Assembly (NCBI GenBank): GCA_963666365.2
Contig: CAXXNF010000002.1
Coordinates: 2,406,667-2,470,666 of the forward strand
DNA from: Syntrophales bacterium
GTDB taxonomy: Bacteria > Desulfobacterota > Syntrophia > Syntrophales > UBA2210
Length of the DNA: 64,000 bases
Reading direction: 5' to 3'
Positions 8,846-19,955 of this stretch are shown in pieces. A program made the position numbers and the translations under genes. Each line of letters starts with the position of its first letter. Position 1 is the first letter of the stretch. The notes under the pieces are model-generated. The model was given only the letters and a program-made list of their open reading frames with translations, did not search any database and had not been told where the DNA came from.

Positions 8846-9818
8846 TGCCGACGGCATAGTGCACACCGCGGGCGCTGTCTCTTATTCAGTATATTGTCCT
8901 TCCACATCTCTCTACAATCCGGGCCCCGAACAATTCATGAAACCGCTGCACTGTTTCCGCCGGCAGTGATTTCCCCTCCGACGCGCAGTATCTGAGCGAA
9001 TTTCTGATACGCCGCCTCCTGCTGGCGGCTTCAATCAGGGGACCGACCATTGCGGAACAGACAAAGAGCAGCGTCTGCCGACGGTGAGTAATCACCTCGA
9101 TCACCCGCTCAGGATCGAACCGTCTCAAAAGTTCAACCGTCAATGCGCGGTACACGGACGCATTGAGCACACTCACGACTCCGAAGACCCTACAGAGCGG
9201 GAGCACGCCTATCACCACCGCCTCGCAGTCCATCTGACCACCGGCATCGGCAACAGCTTTCATCCGCGAGAAAAGCGTGCTCTGTGTCAACTTCAATTCC
9301 CGTACCACGTCGGGGGCGTTCCAGGAATAGAACACATTCGACACATCGCCGGCATCGTTCTGATAGAGGGGATATTCGGGACGCGCCGAATAGGCCATTG
9401 TCAAATCGATGAACTCACTATCCGCCGAAACCCCCGTGGCCAACCGTATGGCCGGGCCGTCCACCGATTTGAAGACACGGCGAATTTCATCCAGGTGCAG
9501 TTCGGCGCCGATAAAGGCCTTCGGCTTCGCCTCATTGACGATATAGGCTAATTTCGGAAACCGGTCCAGCGGGTTCGCCACTATCTGAACCACTCCCATC
9601 TTTGCAAGGGCAAAATACACCACCACGCTTTCGATGCTGTTGGGCATCATGACAAGGCAGTGATTCCCCGGCGCCAACCCCAGATCGCGCAGGGCGTTGG
9701 CAAGGCGATTGCACTGGATATCCAACTCTCGATAGGTGATTTCGGCCCCTTCGAAGCGTATCGCCTTCCTGTCCGGATAGGTCCGCGCAGAATTCACCAG
9801 GTTTTGCGCCACATTCAT
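8846..9818 (-). pseudogene. Degenerate, truncated AMP-dependent acyl-CoA ligase
   Basis: N-terminal ANL domain with an eroded A3 motif (FYSWNAPDVVREL). The A5 motif is interrupted: ERCGRT, then 13 nt containing stops, then ETAPAVCT. The C-terminal half is absent. Confidence 0.8.
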
Positions 9819-9842
9819 ACTACGTCGTTAATCCTTTACGTT

Positions 9843-9949
9843 GAAAAGTAGGAAAAGTAAAAATCCTTGATACACTTCAGATCTTTTAACATTTCCACCC
9901 CTTCTTACTCTTCTTACTTTTCTTACTCTTCTTACTTTTCCTACTTTTC
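9843..9949. repeat. 9-bp tandem repeat (YTTCYTACT x5) with an exact 18-nt inverted partner
   Basis: Five 9-mers at 9901-9945; GAAAAGTAGGAAAAGTAA (9843-9860) is the exact reverse complement of 9932-9949. Confidence 0.85.
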
Positions 9950-9951
9950 CC

Positions 9952-11487
9952 CTACAACGGCATATTCCCGTGCTTCTTCGAAGGCCGCTGCGCTTCCTTT
10001 CCTTCCAGCGCCCTCATCGCCTTGATGATGACGGTCCGTGTTTTTTTCGGTTCAATAACCTGCTCGATCAGCCCACGACTCGCGGCCTGATAGGGATTGG
10101 CGAAATTTCGCTCATACTCTTCGGTTTTCTTCTGTTTCTCCTCTCCCGTCTCTTTTCGGAAAATGATATTCGCCGCGCCGGCGGCCCCCATCACGGCGAT
10201 CTCCGCCGTGGGCCAGGCAATGACCATGTCCGCGCCCGTCTGTCCCGAACACATTCCCAGATAGGCGCCGCCGTAAGCCTTGCGCGTTACCACCGTGATC
10301 TTCGGCACGGTCGCCTCGGGGTAGGCGAAGAGCAGCTTCGCGCCGTGGCGGATGATCCCGCCGAACTCCTGCTGCGTTCCCGGAAGATACCCGGGTACGT
10401 CCACAAAGGTCAGAATCGGCATATTGAAGCAGTCGCAGAATCGAATGAATCGAGCTGCCTTGTCGGACGCGTTGATGTCCAGACAGCCCGCCATAAAGCG
10501 GGGCTGATTCGCGATGATCCCCACCGGATGTCCGTCCATGCGGGCAAAGCAGGTAATCATGTTCTTGGCATAGTACTGGTGACTCTCATAGATGTCGCCG
10601 TGATCGACGATCAGAGAAAGCACCTTTTTCATGTCGTAGGGACGATTGCTCCTGTCGGGGATAATACCGTTCAGCACCTCTTCTTCCCTGTCGATCGGGT
10701 CGTCACAGTCGATTACGGGAGGCGCTTCCCTGCAGCTGGAAGGCAGGAAGCCGAGCAGGTGCTTGATCTGGCTTATGCAGTCTTCATCAGTTTCCGCTAC
10801 GAAATGGGCCACTCCGCTCTTCTCGTTGTGCGTCATGGCACCGCCCAGTTCTATGGCGCCTATCTCCTCTCCCGTCGTGGCCTTGATCACCTGGGGACCG
10901 GTAATAAACATCTGGGCGTAGTCCTGTTTTACCATATAGATGAAATCCATCAGCGCCGGCGAATAGACGGCCCCGCCCGCCGAGGGCCCCATGATCGCCG
11001 TAATCTGGGGAATCACGCCTGAGGCCATGGTGTTGCGGTAGAATATCTCTCCATAGCCGGCAAGGGCGTCCACCCCTTCCTGGATACGCGCACCCCCGGA
11101 ATCGTTCAGCCCTACCACGGGACACCCGACGGTCATTGCCTTGTCCAGGCATTTGACGATTTTCTTTGCATGCATCTCGCCCAGCGAACCGCCGATCACG
11201 CTGAAATCCTGGGCAAAGGCAAAAATTTTCCGGCCGTTGACCGCTCCGTATCCCGTCACCACCCCCTCTCCCGGGGCTTCCACCTTGTCCATTCCCAGCA
11301 CCGTACAGCGGTGGGCAACAAACCTATCGAGCTCGACGAAACTTCCCTTATCAAAGAGCAGCTTCAGTCGCTCCCGGGCGGTCAATCGCCCCGTGGCATG
11401 CAGTTTGGCTTGCGCCTTCTCACCGCCGCCGTCTTCGATTTTCTCTCCACGCTCGAATAATTCCGATAGTTTCTCTTCCGTCGTCAC
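9952..11487 (-). CDS. mmdA: Acyl-CoA carboxyltransferase (methylmalonyl-CoA decarboxylase alpha / propionyl-CoA carboxylase beta family)
   Basis: DSGGARIQEG, GGAVYSPA, DVPGYLPG, RKAYGGAY, KKHGNMPL. GTG start at 11487 with a GGAGG RBS; follows mutase and epimerase. Confidence 0.85.
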   Translation of the reverse strand: MTTEEKLSELFERGEKIEDGGGEKAQAKLHATGRLTARERLKLLFDKGSFVELDRFVAHRCTVLGMDKVEAPGEGVVTGYGAVNGRKIFAFAQDFSVIGGSLGEMHAKKIVKCLDKAMTVGCPVVGLNDSGGARIQEGVDALAGYGEIFYRNTMASGVIPQITAIMGPSAGGAVYSPALMDFIYMVKQDYAQMFITGPQVIKATTGEEIGAIELGGAMTHNEKSGVAHFVAETDEDCISQIKHLLGFLPSSCREAPPVIDCDDPIDREEEVLNGIIPDRSNRPYDMKKVLSLIVDHGDIYESHQYYAKNMITCFARMDGHPVGIIANQPRFMAGCLDINASDKAARFIRFCDCFNMPILTFVDVPGYLPGTQQEFGGIIRHGAKLLFAYPEATVPKITVVTRKAYGGAYLGMCSGQTGADMVIAWPTAEIAVMGAAGAANIIFRKETGEEKQKKTEEYERNFANPYQAASRGLIEQVIEPKKTRTVIIKAMRALEGKEAQRPSKKHGNMPL

Positions 11488-11546
11488 TTTTCTTATCCTC
11501 CCGCCTCTTTCTGCCAAGGCTTTTCTTCCACAACCACCAAAAGGGA

Positions 11547-11951
11547 TCAGCCGTCCCGCTCACACAACTCCAGAAGCACGCCCTTCGTCGCCTTGGGGTG
11601 CACAAAGGCAATTTTTGCACCTCCCGCCCCATAGCGGGGCGTTTCGTCTATCAATTTGACACCGCGGGCTTTCAGTTCGGTAAGCGCCTCTTCAATGTTC
11701 TCCACCCTCAGGGCGATGTGCTGAATGCCTTCTCGGTTCGATTCTATGAATCGTGCAATAGGCCCATCGGGAGAGGTCGACTCCAGTAGTTCAATTTCCG
11801 TTTCTCCCACCGGAATAAAGGCGGTTTTGACCTTCTGTTCGGCAACCTCCTCGACGCCCGCAAGGTTAAGCCCCAGGGACTCATATATTTTCACACTCTC
11901 CTCGATGCTTTTTACCGCCACGCCGATATGATCGACAGAAAGAATCTTCAT
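11547..11951 (-). CDS. mce: Methylmalonyl-CoA epimerase
   Basis: DHIGVAV, IELLE, EGIQHIA, IAFVHPK..GVLLEL. Confidence 0.93.
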   Translation of the reverse strand: MKILSVDHIGVAVKSIEESVKIYESLGLNLAGVEEVAEQKVKTAFIPVGETEIELLESTSPDGPIARFIESNREGIQHIALRVENIEEALTELKARGVKLIDETPRYGAGGAKIAFVHPKATKGVLLELCERDG

Positions 11952-13009
11952 ACATTATCCTCCCTCTGCAGGGGAATTTTCTCTTCTCCCCTTTTTAGTA
12001 GTATCGAAAGCAGGTCCTGCGCCGCCTGAGTCGGCGTGATAAGCCCCGCTTCTATCTTTCGTTTCATTCCTGGCAGCATTTCGGCGATCCGGGGATTTTT
12101 GTAAAACCAGTCATGAAGTCCCTCATCGATTAAAAACCAGGTCCATTCGAGCGCCTGCTCTCTGCGCCTGGCCTCGATCTCGCCGCTGGCGCCGAGTGTG
12201 CGCCTGTGATCCTGGATCGTCCCCCAGATCTCTTCAATTCCCTCGTCCGCAAGGGCGCTGCAGGTAAGCACGGGAGGGGACCAGTTCGGCGAGGCGGGAT
12301 TCACCAGGTGCAACGCCGTTTCATATTCCCGCTTAGCCAGTTGCGCTCTCGACATGTTATCGCCGTCGGCCTTGTTGATGACGATTGCATCGGCCAGCTC
12401 AAGTATGCCCCTTTTTATTCCCTGCAACTCATCTCCGGCCCCGGGGATCATGAGTACAAGGAAGAAATCGACCATGGACGCCACCGTGGTCTCCAGTTGA
12501 CCGACGCCTACCGTTTCTACAATGACCACATCAAAACCTGCGGCCTCGCAAATGAGAAGCGCCTCCCTCGTTTTCTGGGCCACCCCGCCCAGGGTGTGCC
12601 CGGTAGGAGAAGGGCGAATATATGACCGCGGCTCGGCTGAAAGCTTTTCCATCCTGGTCTTGTCCGCCATGATGCTGCCGCCGCTCTTTTTGCTGCTCGG
12701 ATCCACCGCGAGCACGGCGATTTCCAATCCCTTTTTCAGGAGCATCATGCCGAAACTCTCAATAAATGTGCTCTTGCCCGCGCCGGGAACGCCGGTAATT
12801 CCGATCCGCACCGCATTCCCCGTATAGGGCAGCAGCCGTTCCATAATTTCGCGGGCCCTTTCCTGGTGAGCCGCGAGCGAACTCTCTACGATGGTGATCG
12901 TCTTGGACAGGATCAGCCGGTTGCGGGCCAGTACCCCGTTCACGTAATAGTCAACATCTTTCAGCGCCATCGCTTTCACATCGCCGGAAAGAGCGATGAT
13001 CGAACTCAC
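11948..13009 (-). CDS. meaB: Methylmalonyl-CoA mutase-associated GTPase
   Basis: [33 protein letters not shown]. Confidence 0.94.
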   Translation of the reverse strand: MSSIIALSGDVKAMALKDVDYYVNGVLARNRLILSKTITIVESSLAAHQERAREIMERLLPYTGNAVRIGITGVPGAGKSTFIESFGMMLLKKGLEIAVLAVDPSSKKSGGSIMADKTRMEKLSAEPRSYIRPSPTGHTLGGVAQKTREALLICEAAGFDVVIVETVGVGQLETTVASMVDFFLVLMIPGAGDELQGIKRGILELADAIVINKADGDNMSRAQLAKREYETALHLVNPASPNWSPPVLTCSALADEGIEEIWGTIQDHRRTLGASGEIEARRREQALEWTWFLIDEGLHDWFYKNPRIAEMLPGMKRKIEAGLITPTQAAQDLLSILLKRGEEKIPLQREDNV

Positions 13010-13055
13010 TTGCCGCCCCTTCCGCTCATCCTTTCCTGCCTGTTCAGAGGCCGGT

Positions 13056-15194
13056 CTACTGCTCCATGTACCTTTTTTCGAGCAGGTTCAATACCTTGTT
13101 GGCGGAATTGATTATCGACGTCCCGGGACCGAAGATGCCGGACACCCCTGCGTCGTAGAGAAACTCATAATCCTTGGGCGGAATCACGCCGCCGGCAATC
13201 ACCATAATCTCATCTCCGCCGATATCCCTCAGTTCTTTCAGGAGCGCCGGCACAAGCGTTTTATGCCCGGCGGCGAGACTCGAGACGCCCACCAGATGCA
13301 CATCGTTTTCCACCGCCATCTTGGCCGCCTCGCCCGGCGTCTGAAACATGGGGCTGATATCCACATCGAAGCCCATGTCGGCGAAGGCCGTGGCCACCAC
13401 CTTTACACCACGGTCATGTCCGTCCTGTCCCATTTTGGTCAGCAGGATGCGAGGCCTTCGTCCTTCGTGTTCCAGAAACTGTTCCGAACGTTTCCTGAGT
13501 GATTCTATCACCTCTTTGTCCTGATATTCCGAGGCATAGACACCGGAGATGCAGAGCGTCGTCGCCACATACCTGCCGAAGACCTTTTCCAGTGCATCGG
13601 AGATCTCCCCCACGGTCGCCCGCGCCCTTACGGCGGGCAGCGTCGCCTCCAGAAGGTTTCCCCCCGATTCAGCGGTACTGGTAAGCGTTTCCAGTGCCCT
13701 GGCTACCGCTTTATTGTCGCGGCTTTTTCTGATATTCTGAAGCCCTGCAACCTGCTGGCTTCTCACCTCGTCGGATACTTCGCGGACTTCGAAATCGGTG
13801 GCGTCCTCTGTCTGGTACTTGTTGACCCCGACAATCACCTCAATGCCCTGGTCGATCCGGGCCTGCTTCCGCGCTGCCGCCTCTTCGATCCGCATTTTGG
13901 GCATGCCCGACTCGATGGCCTTTGCCATCCCGCCGAGTTCTTCGATTTCATCAATAATCTTCTGGGCTTCTTCCACAATTGAGTGGGTAAGCCTTTCCAC
14001 ATAATAGGAACCGCCCAGGGGATCGATGGCACGGCAGACCTCGGACTCATCCTGCACAATAATCTGCGTGTTGCGGGCGATCCGGGCGGAAAAATCAGTC
14101 GGAAGCCCTACCGCTTCGTCAAATGAATTGGTGTGGAGCGATTGTGTGCCCCCAAGCACCGCCGCCATGCACTCCAGCGTGGTGCGGATGATATTGTTGT
14201 AGGGATCCTGCTCGGTAAGACTCCAGCCCGATGTCTGGCAATGCGTTCTCAGCATGGTCGATTTCGGGTTCTTCGGATTGAACCGGCTGATGAGGCGGTG
14301 CCATAAAAAACGTGCTGCCCGCAGCATCGCGACATTCATAAAGAAATCCATGCCGATTCCGAAGAAAAAGGACAGGCGGGGCGCGAAGGCATCGATGTCC
14401 ATACCCGCCTTGAGCGCCGTTCTGACGTACTCCAGACCGTCGGCAAGGGTGAAGGCCGTCTGAAGCACCGTGTCGGCGCCCGCCTCCATCATATGATAGC
14501 CGCTGATGCTTACCGTATTGAACTTGGGCATTTCCTTCGAACAGAAGGCCATGATGTCCGACACAATCCTCATGGAAGGAAGCGGCGGATAAATGTAGGT
14601 GTTCCTCGTGAGATACTCCTTGAGAATGTCATTCTGAATCGTGCCGATGAGCTCTTTGTGCGCGACCCCCTGTTCCTCGGCAGCAACGATGTACCCCCCG
14701 AGGATCGGCAATACCGCCCCATTCATGGTCATCGAAACGGACATCGTGCCCAGGGGAATCTGATCGAAGAGCACCTTCATGTCCTCCACGGAATCGACGG
14801 CAACGCCCGCCTTCCCCACGTCGCCGGCCACACGGGGGTGATCGGAATCGTACCCGCGATGGGTGGGAAGATCAAAGGCCACCGACAGCCCTTTTTGCCC
14901 CGCCGCAAGATTTCTTCTATAAAACTCGTTGGATTCTCTCGCCGTGGAAAACCCCGCATATTGCCGAATCGTCCAGGACCTTCCGGCGTACATGGTCGCC
15001 ATGGGTCCTCTGACAAAGGGCGCAAGCCCCGGCAGGGTGTTGGCGGTTTCCATGCCTTCAATATCTTCAGCCGTATACAACGGTTTCGCCTCAATGCCGC
15101 CGGGTGTTTTCCAGTTCAGCGATTCCAGAGGTTCTCCGCGGAGTTCCTTCTCCGCCAGTTCCTCCCATCGCTTCTTTTCAGGATGTTCCGCCAT
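13056..15194 (-). CDS. scpA: Methylmalonyl-CoA mutase (AdoCbl-dependent, single-subunit type)
   Basis: [16 protein letters not shown]12-binding [15 protein letters not shown]. Confidence 0.95.
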   Translation of the reverse strand: MAEHPEKKRWEELAEKELRGEPLESLNWKTPGGIEAKPLYTAEDIEGMETANTLPGLAPFVRGPMATMYAGRSWTIRQYAGFSTARESNEFYRRNLAAGQKGLSVAFDLPTHRGYDSDHPRVAGDVGKAGVAVDSVEDMKVLFDQIPLGTMSVSMTMNGAVLPILGGYIVAAEEQGVAHKELIGTIQNDILKEYLTRNTYIYPPLPSMRIVSDIMAFCSKEMPKFNTVSISGYHMMEAGADTVLQTAFTLADGLEYVRTALKAGMDIDAFAPRLSFFFGIGMDFFMNVAMLRAARFLWHRLISRFNPKNPKSTMLRTHCQTSGWSLTEQDPYNNIIRTTLECMAAVLGGTQSLHTNSFDEAVGLPTDFSARIARNTQIIVQDESEVCRAIDPLGGSYYVERLTHSIVEEAQKIIDEIEELGGMAKAIESGMPKMRIEEAAARKQARIDQGIEVIVGVNKYQTEDATDFEVREVSDEVRSQQVAGLQNIRKSRDNKAVARALETLTSTAESGGNLLEATLPAVRARATVGEISDALEKVFGRYVATTLCISGVYASEYQDKEVIESLRKRSEQFLEHEGRRPRILLTKMGQDGHDRGVKVVATAFADMGFDVDISPMFQTPGEAAKMAVENDVHLVGVSSLAAGHKTLVPALLKELRDIGGDEIMVIAGGVIPPKDYEFLYDAGVSGIFGPGTSIINSANKVLNLLEKRYMEQ

Positions 15195-15235
15195 TACATA
15201 CTCCTTTTCACACAGGCATCACATGCGCCTTCTTT

Positions 15236-16420
15236 TTATCCTACCCACTCCCATATGGCCGCGGCGCCCTGGCCGTGTCCGATACACATGCTCTCCACGG
15301 CGTACTTTGCTCCGTAGAAGGCCATTTCATGCATCAGCGTCACCGCAATACGCGTTCCCGTACATCCCAGGGGGTGCCCCAGAGAAATTCCGCTGCCGCG
15401 CGGATTGAGCAGCTCATGATCGCGGATGCCGAGTTTTTCGGTGCAATAGACGGCCTGAGAGGCGAAGGCCTCATTGATTTCCCACAGATCGATCTGATCC
15501 ATGGTCATACCCGCATGGGCCAGCACTTTGGGAACGGCTACGGACGGTCCGATTCCCATATATTTGGGATCGACGCCCACCACGGCATAGTCAACAAGTC
15601 TCAACCTGGGTTTGAGCCCCAGTTCCTCGCATTTTTCCCTGCTCGCTACAAGAACGCAGGCGGCGGCATCGTTCACCTGGCTCGAATTTCCCGCCGTCAC
15701 CGTGGCCTTCTCGTCATCCATGAATACTGTGGGGAGTTTTGCCAGTGATTCCATGGTCGACTCGGGCCTGATTCCCTGGTCGCGATCGACCACCATACGC
15801 TTCGTCCCACCCTCTTTCACCGGAACATCCGCCTCGACGGGAAGAATTTCATTCTTAAAGAGTCCGTCCACGGTGGCCTTGTGCGCTTTGGCGTGACTTT
15901 CCACTGCCATTTTATCCTGCTTTTCTCTGCTGATGTTAAAATCGCGGGCCACCATTTCCGCCGTATAGCCCATGGACACCATACGAGGATCGCAAAATTC
16001 AGCAAGCCGGGGATTCGGATCAGAACCGGTTCCCATGGGAATATGGGTCATATGCTGCACCCCGCCGGCAATGACCAGATCCATCCATCCCATATTGACG
16101 GCCGCCACGGCACTCGCTATCGACTGAAGTCCGGAAGAGCAGAACCGGTCGATGGTGCACCCCGGCACGCTGTAGGGAAACCCCGCCATGATGGTGGCAT
16201 ATCGCCCTATATTCGACCCCATATCCTTCATCAGAGCCGTACCGCCGAGAATCACGTCGTCAATCTGATCTTTCTTGTCCTGAAGGCCGGTCCTTCGCAC
16301 CAGTTCGTTCAAGACCATCGCCGCCAGATCGTCGGCCCGCACATTCGTGAACCACGAGCTCTTTCCCGCACGGGCAACAGCCGTTCTGACACCATCAACA
16401 AGAAATACCTCTCTCATCAT
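15236..16420 (-). CDS. Thiolase (acetyl-CoA C-acyltransferase)
   Basis: DRFCSSG, EINEAFA, GHPLGCTG, MCIGHGQG. Confidence 0.92.
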   Translation of the reverse strand: MMREVFLVDGVRTAVARAGKSSWFTNVRADDLAAMVLNELVRRTGLQDKKDQIDDVILGGTALMKDMGSNIGRYATIMAGFPYSVPGCTIDRFCSSGLQSIASAVAAVNMGWMDLVIAGGVQHMTHIPMGTGSDPNPRLAEFCDPRMVSMGYTAEMVARDFNISREKQDKMAVESHAKAHKATVDGLFKNEILPVEADVPVKEGGTKRMVVDRDQGIRPESTMESLAKLPTVFMDDEKATVTAGNSSQVNDAAACVLVASREKCEELGLKPRLRLVDYAVVGVDPKYMGIGPSVAVPKVLAHAGMTMDQIDLWEINEAFASQAVYCTEKLGIRDHELLNPRGSGISLGHPLGCTGTRIAVTLMHEMAFYGAKYAVESMCIGHGQGAAAIWEWVG

Positions 16421-16477
16421 GCTCTCCTTTACGTAATATTCATAAAATGTGGTGCAAACGTTCTTATATGCTCCCGG

Positions 16478-18319
16478 TTATTTCACCACAAGGGCCTCTT
16501 CGGGACAGTCAAGACATACCCTGTCTTCACTTTTGATCATCTCCGCCAGCAGAAACGAAGAGGGCAGCACCTGATTCACATAGTACCTGGCGCTCGCCAC
16601 TTTGCCTTCGTAAAAGGGCCGGTCGTAATGATCCTCCGGCAGGTCGTTCAACTTATTCCGGGCGATTACGGCCTGCTCGAGCAGACACTCAGCCACCTGC
16701 AACTGGCCGCAGACCGCCATGGCGCGCACGGCATTCAGGGGAATGAACTGTTTTTTTTCATCCATATCGGCGTACCAGGCATCATAACAGCTCTTTACCT
16801 CTTCGGCGCACCCGTAGGCCTTTGCCAGCCGCTCCATTTCAACGGCGAAGTCCCCGTTGGCCTTATGGGCATCGATAAAGTTCTTTATGGCAGCCATCCA
16901 GTTGGCAAAATCGGCGCCTTTGCGCATGCGCATTTTGCGCCCCACCAGATCGTTGCCGTGTATAAAGGTAGTGCCCTCCCAGATGGTGAGTATCTTCGAA
17001 TCCCGCAGATACTGCTCAATCGGATATTCCTGGGTATAGCCCACGCCTCCCAGCACCTGCATTGCCTCGGCGATCACCCCGAGGCTTGCTTCGCTGCCGT
17101 AGCCTTTCACCAGCGGCGTGAGTATCGCCGCCAGACCGCTGCAGACGGCCGCCTTCTCCTTATCGCCGGAGTTGTTCTGGATATCCAGATAGTAGAATCC
17201 CTTGAAGATCATCGCCCTGACCCCTTCCGTCACGGCCTTCATATCGAGGAGCATGCGCCGAATATCCTCGTGTTTGATAATCGGCACCCGCTCGGCATTC
17301 GCGTCACCGAAGGGACGTCCCTGAATGCGTTCCGTGGCGTATCGTGAGGCGAAGCTGTAGGCCGCCGCCGCCTGGGTGTTGGAATTGTGTCCCGTACCGA
17401 TACGGGATTCGTTCATCATGTTGAACATCATGGCAAGGCCCCTGGATCGCCCTTTTTCATCCGGCATGGCGCCCATTCGAATGCCGTAACATGCGTCGTT
17501 TTCGCCGAAATTGAGCAGCGCCGTCGCCTGCGCCCTCAATCCCATTTTGTGCTCTATGCTCAGGGTGATCACATCGTTCGCCTTTCCCAGCGTCTGATCT
17601 TCGTTCACCCAGAACTTCGGCACGATATACAGCCCCAGACCGGCCGAACCGGGAGCGCCCCCTTCGGGCCGCGCCAGTACCATGTGAATCGTATTTTCGC
17701 AGGTGCCGGCATCCCCTCCGGTGATAAACATTTTTGCTCCCTTGATTTTCCACAGGTACGGATCGTCGGTGGGAAAGGCCCTCGTGGTGGAATCACCCAC
17801 ATCGGAACCGGCGTTCGGTTCGGTGATGCACATGGTTCCCTGCCAGTCGCCGCTCAGGAGTTTGGGAAGGAACAGGGACTTCTGCGCGTCGGTGCCGAAT
17901 TCTATCAACAGATTCGCCACCCCGCTGGTCAATTTGATATAGGACATAATAGCGGGACAGGCAGCCGAATTCATCTCAAAAATCGCCTTGTAAAGCGTAA
18001 GCGGCATACCGCCTTCCAGCTCGACACACTCGCTTGTCGATCCCCATCCGTTTTCCTGAAGAAATTTGTACACCCTGGAGTATCCCGGCGGCGGGGTCAC
18101 TTCCCCATCCTTGAGTTGGGCGCCGATCTTGTCGCCTTCCGCATTGATCGGACTGACAACCTCGCGCGCCACTTTGTACCCCTCATTCAGGTACATGTCG
18201 ACGTCGTCGAGACCGAAGTTATCCTTGAACCGGTCACAGGCCAGCACCTCCTCCATGGGAAGCCATTCTTTCAGTATAAACTGCAAATCCCTCAGGTCAT
18301 ATTTGAAATCCATCGCCAA
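16478..18319 (-). CDS. Long (~610 aa) acyl-CoA dehydrogenase
   Basis: TMCITEPNAGSD, EHKMG, LGGVGY, IWEGT plus the C-terminal extension domain. TTG start behind AAGGAGG. Confidence 0.9.
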   Translation of the reverse strand: MAMDFKYDLRDLQFILKEWLPMEEVLACDRFKDNFGLDDVDMYLNEGYKVAREVVSPINAEGDKIGAQLKDGEVTPPPGYSRVYKFLQENGWGSTSECVELEGGMPLTLYKAIFEMNSAACPAIMSYIKLTSGVANLLIEFGTDAQKSLFLPKLLSGDWQGTMCITEPNAGSDVGDSTTRAFPTDDPYLWKIKGAKMFITGGDAGTCENTIHMVLARPEGGAPGSAGLGLYIVPKFWVNEDQTLGKANDVITLSIEHKMGLRAQATALLNFGENDACYGIRMGAMPDEKGRSRGLAMMFNMMNESRIGTGHNSNTQAAAAYSFASRYATERIQGRPFGDANAERVPIIKHEDIRRMLLDMKAVTEGVRAMIFKGFYYLDIQNNSGDKEKAAVCSGLAAILTPLVKGYGSEASLGVIAEAMQVLGGVGYTQEYPIEQYLRDSKILTIWEGTTFIHGNDLVGRKMRMRKGADFANWMAAIKNFIDAHKANGDFAVEMERLAKAYGCAEEVKSCYDAWYADMDEKKQFIPLNAVRAMAVCGQLQVAECLLEQAVIARNKLNDLPEDHYDRPFYEGKVASARYYVNQVLPSSFLLAEMIKSEDRVCLDCPEEALVVK

Positions 18320-18350
18320 TTCCTCCTTGCTGTCTCCCTTTGATTTACTT

Positions 18351-18410
18351 CGATATGTCAGAACGCAGGTAAAGACAATAGGGATTAATTACCAGCACAA
18401 TATGGGTAAA
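18351..18410 (-). promoter_or_regulatory. Putative operator/promoter of the ACAD-thiolase-mutase operon (copy A)
   Basis: 40 of 60 positions identical, ungapped, to 19661-19720 in inverted orientation; core AATTAWTCCCTATTGYC. Confidence 0.65.
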
Positions 18411-18419
18411 AATCAGATA

Positions 18420-19655
18420 TTACGAGAGGGAGAGAAGGTAGGATCGAAGATTTGCCTTTTTGTTGTTGAATCCCATTTTCGCCCTGATATTGTTGCGGTG
18501 GAAATCGATGGTGCTGGTGGCCAGATTCAGTAATGCGGCGATCTCCTTGGTGGTCTTCCCCTCCTTGATCAGGTTGGCGATCTGGATCTCCTTTGGCGTG
18601 AGGTTGAAGTCGTTCAGGGTCATGTTTCTCAGAAAGGGGGATACGATATTGTTGAGATTCGCTTCGATAATGCTGAGATAGGTTTCCTGCGCCTCAGAAA
18701 GATGGGTCATTTTCAATTTTTCAATAAAGGGCAGCACCAGTTCCTTGACGTTGGACAGGACATTGCGCTCCAGTTCCACCTTGTCTTCCTCCCGATGCTT
18801 GAGGAGCACCTTGAGGGCCGTGTTTGCTTCGGCAAGATAGCGGGAACTCACGTTCAGCTCCTGCTCCCGTTTCTTGAGCACGTCCTCAGTCTCCTTCCGC
18901 TTGGAGATATCCCTTACCACAGCGCGAAAGCCGACAGGCACGCCGGAGGGGTCGCGAATCAACGATGCAGAGAGTTCGCGGATACTCCTTTTGCCGTCCT
19001 TGCCGATCGTTTCGTATTCGAAAAGCTCTGCCGGGGTTCCTGTCCGATAGATGCCGTTGAAAATATGGAAAAGGGTGCGCGCCGTTTCAGGTGAGGTATA
19101 CTGCCGAAAATTTGTACCCAGTATATCCTCTCGGGAATAGCCCGACATAGTGCACATGGAGTTGTTCACGAAGCTATAGGCGCCGGAAAGATCCACTTCA
19201 AAATAGCCCTCTTCAATATTTTCAAGTATGGAACGGTACTTCTCCTCACTTTCGCGCAAGGCCGCCTCCGCCTTCTTTCGCTTCGTCACATCACGCGCCA
19301 CGGCCCTGAAGCCGCTGGGGTTTCCCTGAGGATCACGGATCAATGAAGCCGACAGCTCTCGGATACTGTAATCGCCGTCTTTTCTGACAATCTCATCATC
19401 AAAAAGCTCGGCTGATTCCCCGGTCCGGTAAATCCCGTTAAAAATCCTGAACAATTTTTCAGCCGTTTCGGGAGCATAATAAACCCTGTAATTACTGTTC
19501 AACACTTCTTCCCGCGGCCGTCCCAGCATGCGGCACATGGCATTGTTCACAAAGGTATAGGTACCGGCGAGATCCACCTCGAAATACCCTTCCTCGATAT
19601 TCTCCAGAATCGATCGGTACTTTGCTTCACTTGCGCTATCTTTGCCCTCAACCAC
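18420..19655 (-). CDS. PAS-PAS-LuxR family transcriptional regulator
   Basis: Two tandem PAS units ([18 protein letters not shown] twice), a coiled coil, and the Lux[26 protein letters not shown]...HRNNIRAK. Confidence 0.92.
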   Translation of the reverse strand: MVEGKDSASEAKYRSILENIEEGYFEVDLAGTYTFVNNAMCRMLGRPREEVLNSNYRVYYAPETAEKLFRIFNGIYRTGESAELFDDEIVRKDGDYSIRELSASLIRDPQGNPSGFRAVARDVTKRKKAEAALRESEEKYRSILENIEEGYFEVDLSGAYSFVNNSMCTMSGYSREDILGTNFRQYTSPETARTLFHIFNGIYRTGTPAELFEYETIGKDGKRSIRELSASLIRDPSGVPVGFRAVVRDISKRKETEDVLKKREQELNVSSRYLAEANTALKVLLKHREEDKVELERNVLSNVKELVLPFIEKLKMTHLSEAQETYLSIIEANLNNIVSPFLRNMTLNDFNLTPKEIQIANLIKEGKTTKEIAALLNLATSTIDFHRNNIRAKMGFNNKKANLRSYLLSLS

Positions 19656-19660
19656 GGTAT

Positions 19661-19720
19661 TTACCCCCTATAATGCCGCCAATTATTCCCTATTGCCCTT
19701 ATCACAACTCTGTCATATTT
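19661..19720 (+). promoter_or_regulatory. Putative operator/promoter of the oadG-oadB-acd-gcdA operon (copy B)
   Basis: Inverted homologue of 18351-18410; overlaps the RBS of the regulator gene on the other strand. Confidence 0.65.
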
Positions 19721-19794
19721 ATCAACCCTCTGATCGCCCGGGATGGTCGCACAATCAAGGGCATCAAACTAAGGGAAGGAGGTCTCCGATTCAA

Positions 19795-19932
19795 ATGGTG
19801 GATATGGGATTGGCGCTCAAGATAGCCGTCGGCGGTTTCGGCCTGGTATTTATTCTCCTCATCCTCTTGTCATTTACGGTATGGGTGACAAAGGTCGTCA
19901 CTGAAAAGATATCAAAATCGAGAAGCGAGTAA
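19795..19932 (+). CDS. Na+-translocating decarboxylase small membrane subunit (OadG/GcdD family), 45 aa
   Basis: MVDMGLALKIAVGGFGLVFILLILL single TM with the GxxxVF motif; AAGGAGG upstream; directly precedes the beta subunit. Confidence 0.8.
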   Translation: MVDMGLALKIAVGGFGLVFILLILLSFTVWVTKVVTEKISKSRSE

Positions 19933-19955
19933 CGCGGATTCCGGGAGGTACACAC

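Noticed and set aside
9843..9949. CRISPR array interpretation of the short repeats (also 1579-1711 and 37641-37733)
   Set aside because: Units are 7-27 nt, tandem or inverted, without regular unique spacers, and no cas genes are present.
18351..19720. Invertible or transposable cassette bounded by the inverted 60-bp motifs
   Set aside because: Identity is only about two thirds and patchy, there is no recombinase or target duplication, and the position upstream of two operons fits operators better. Not fully excluded.
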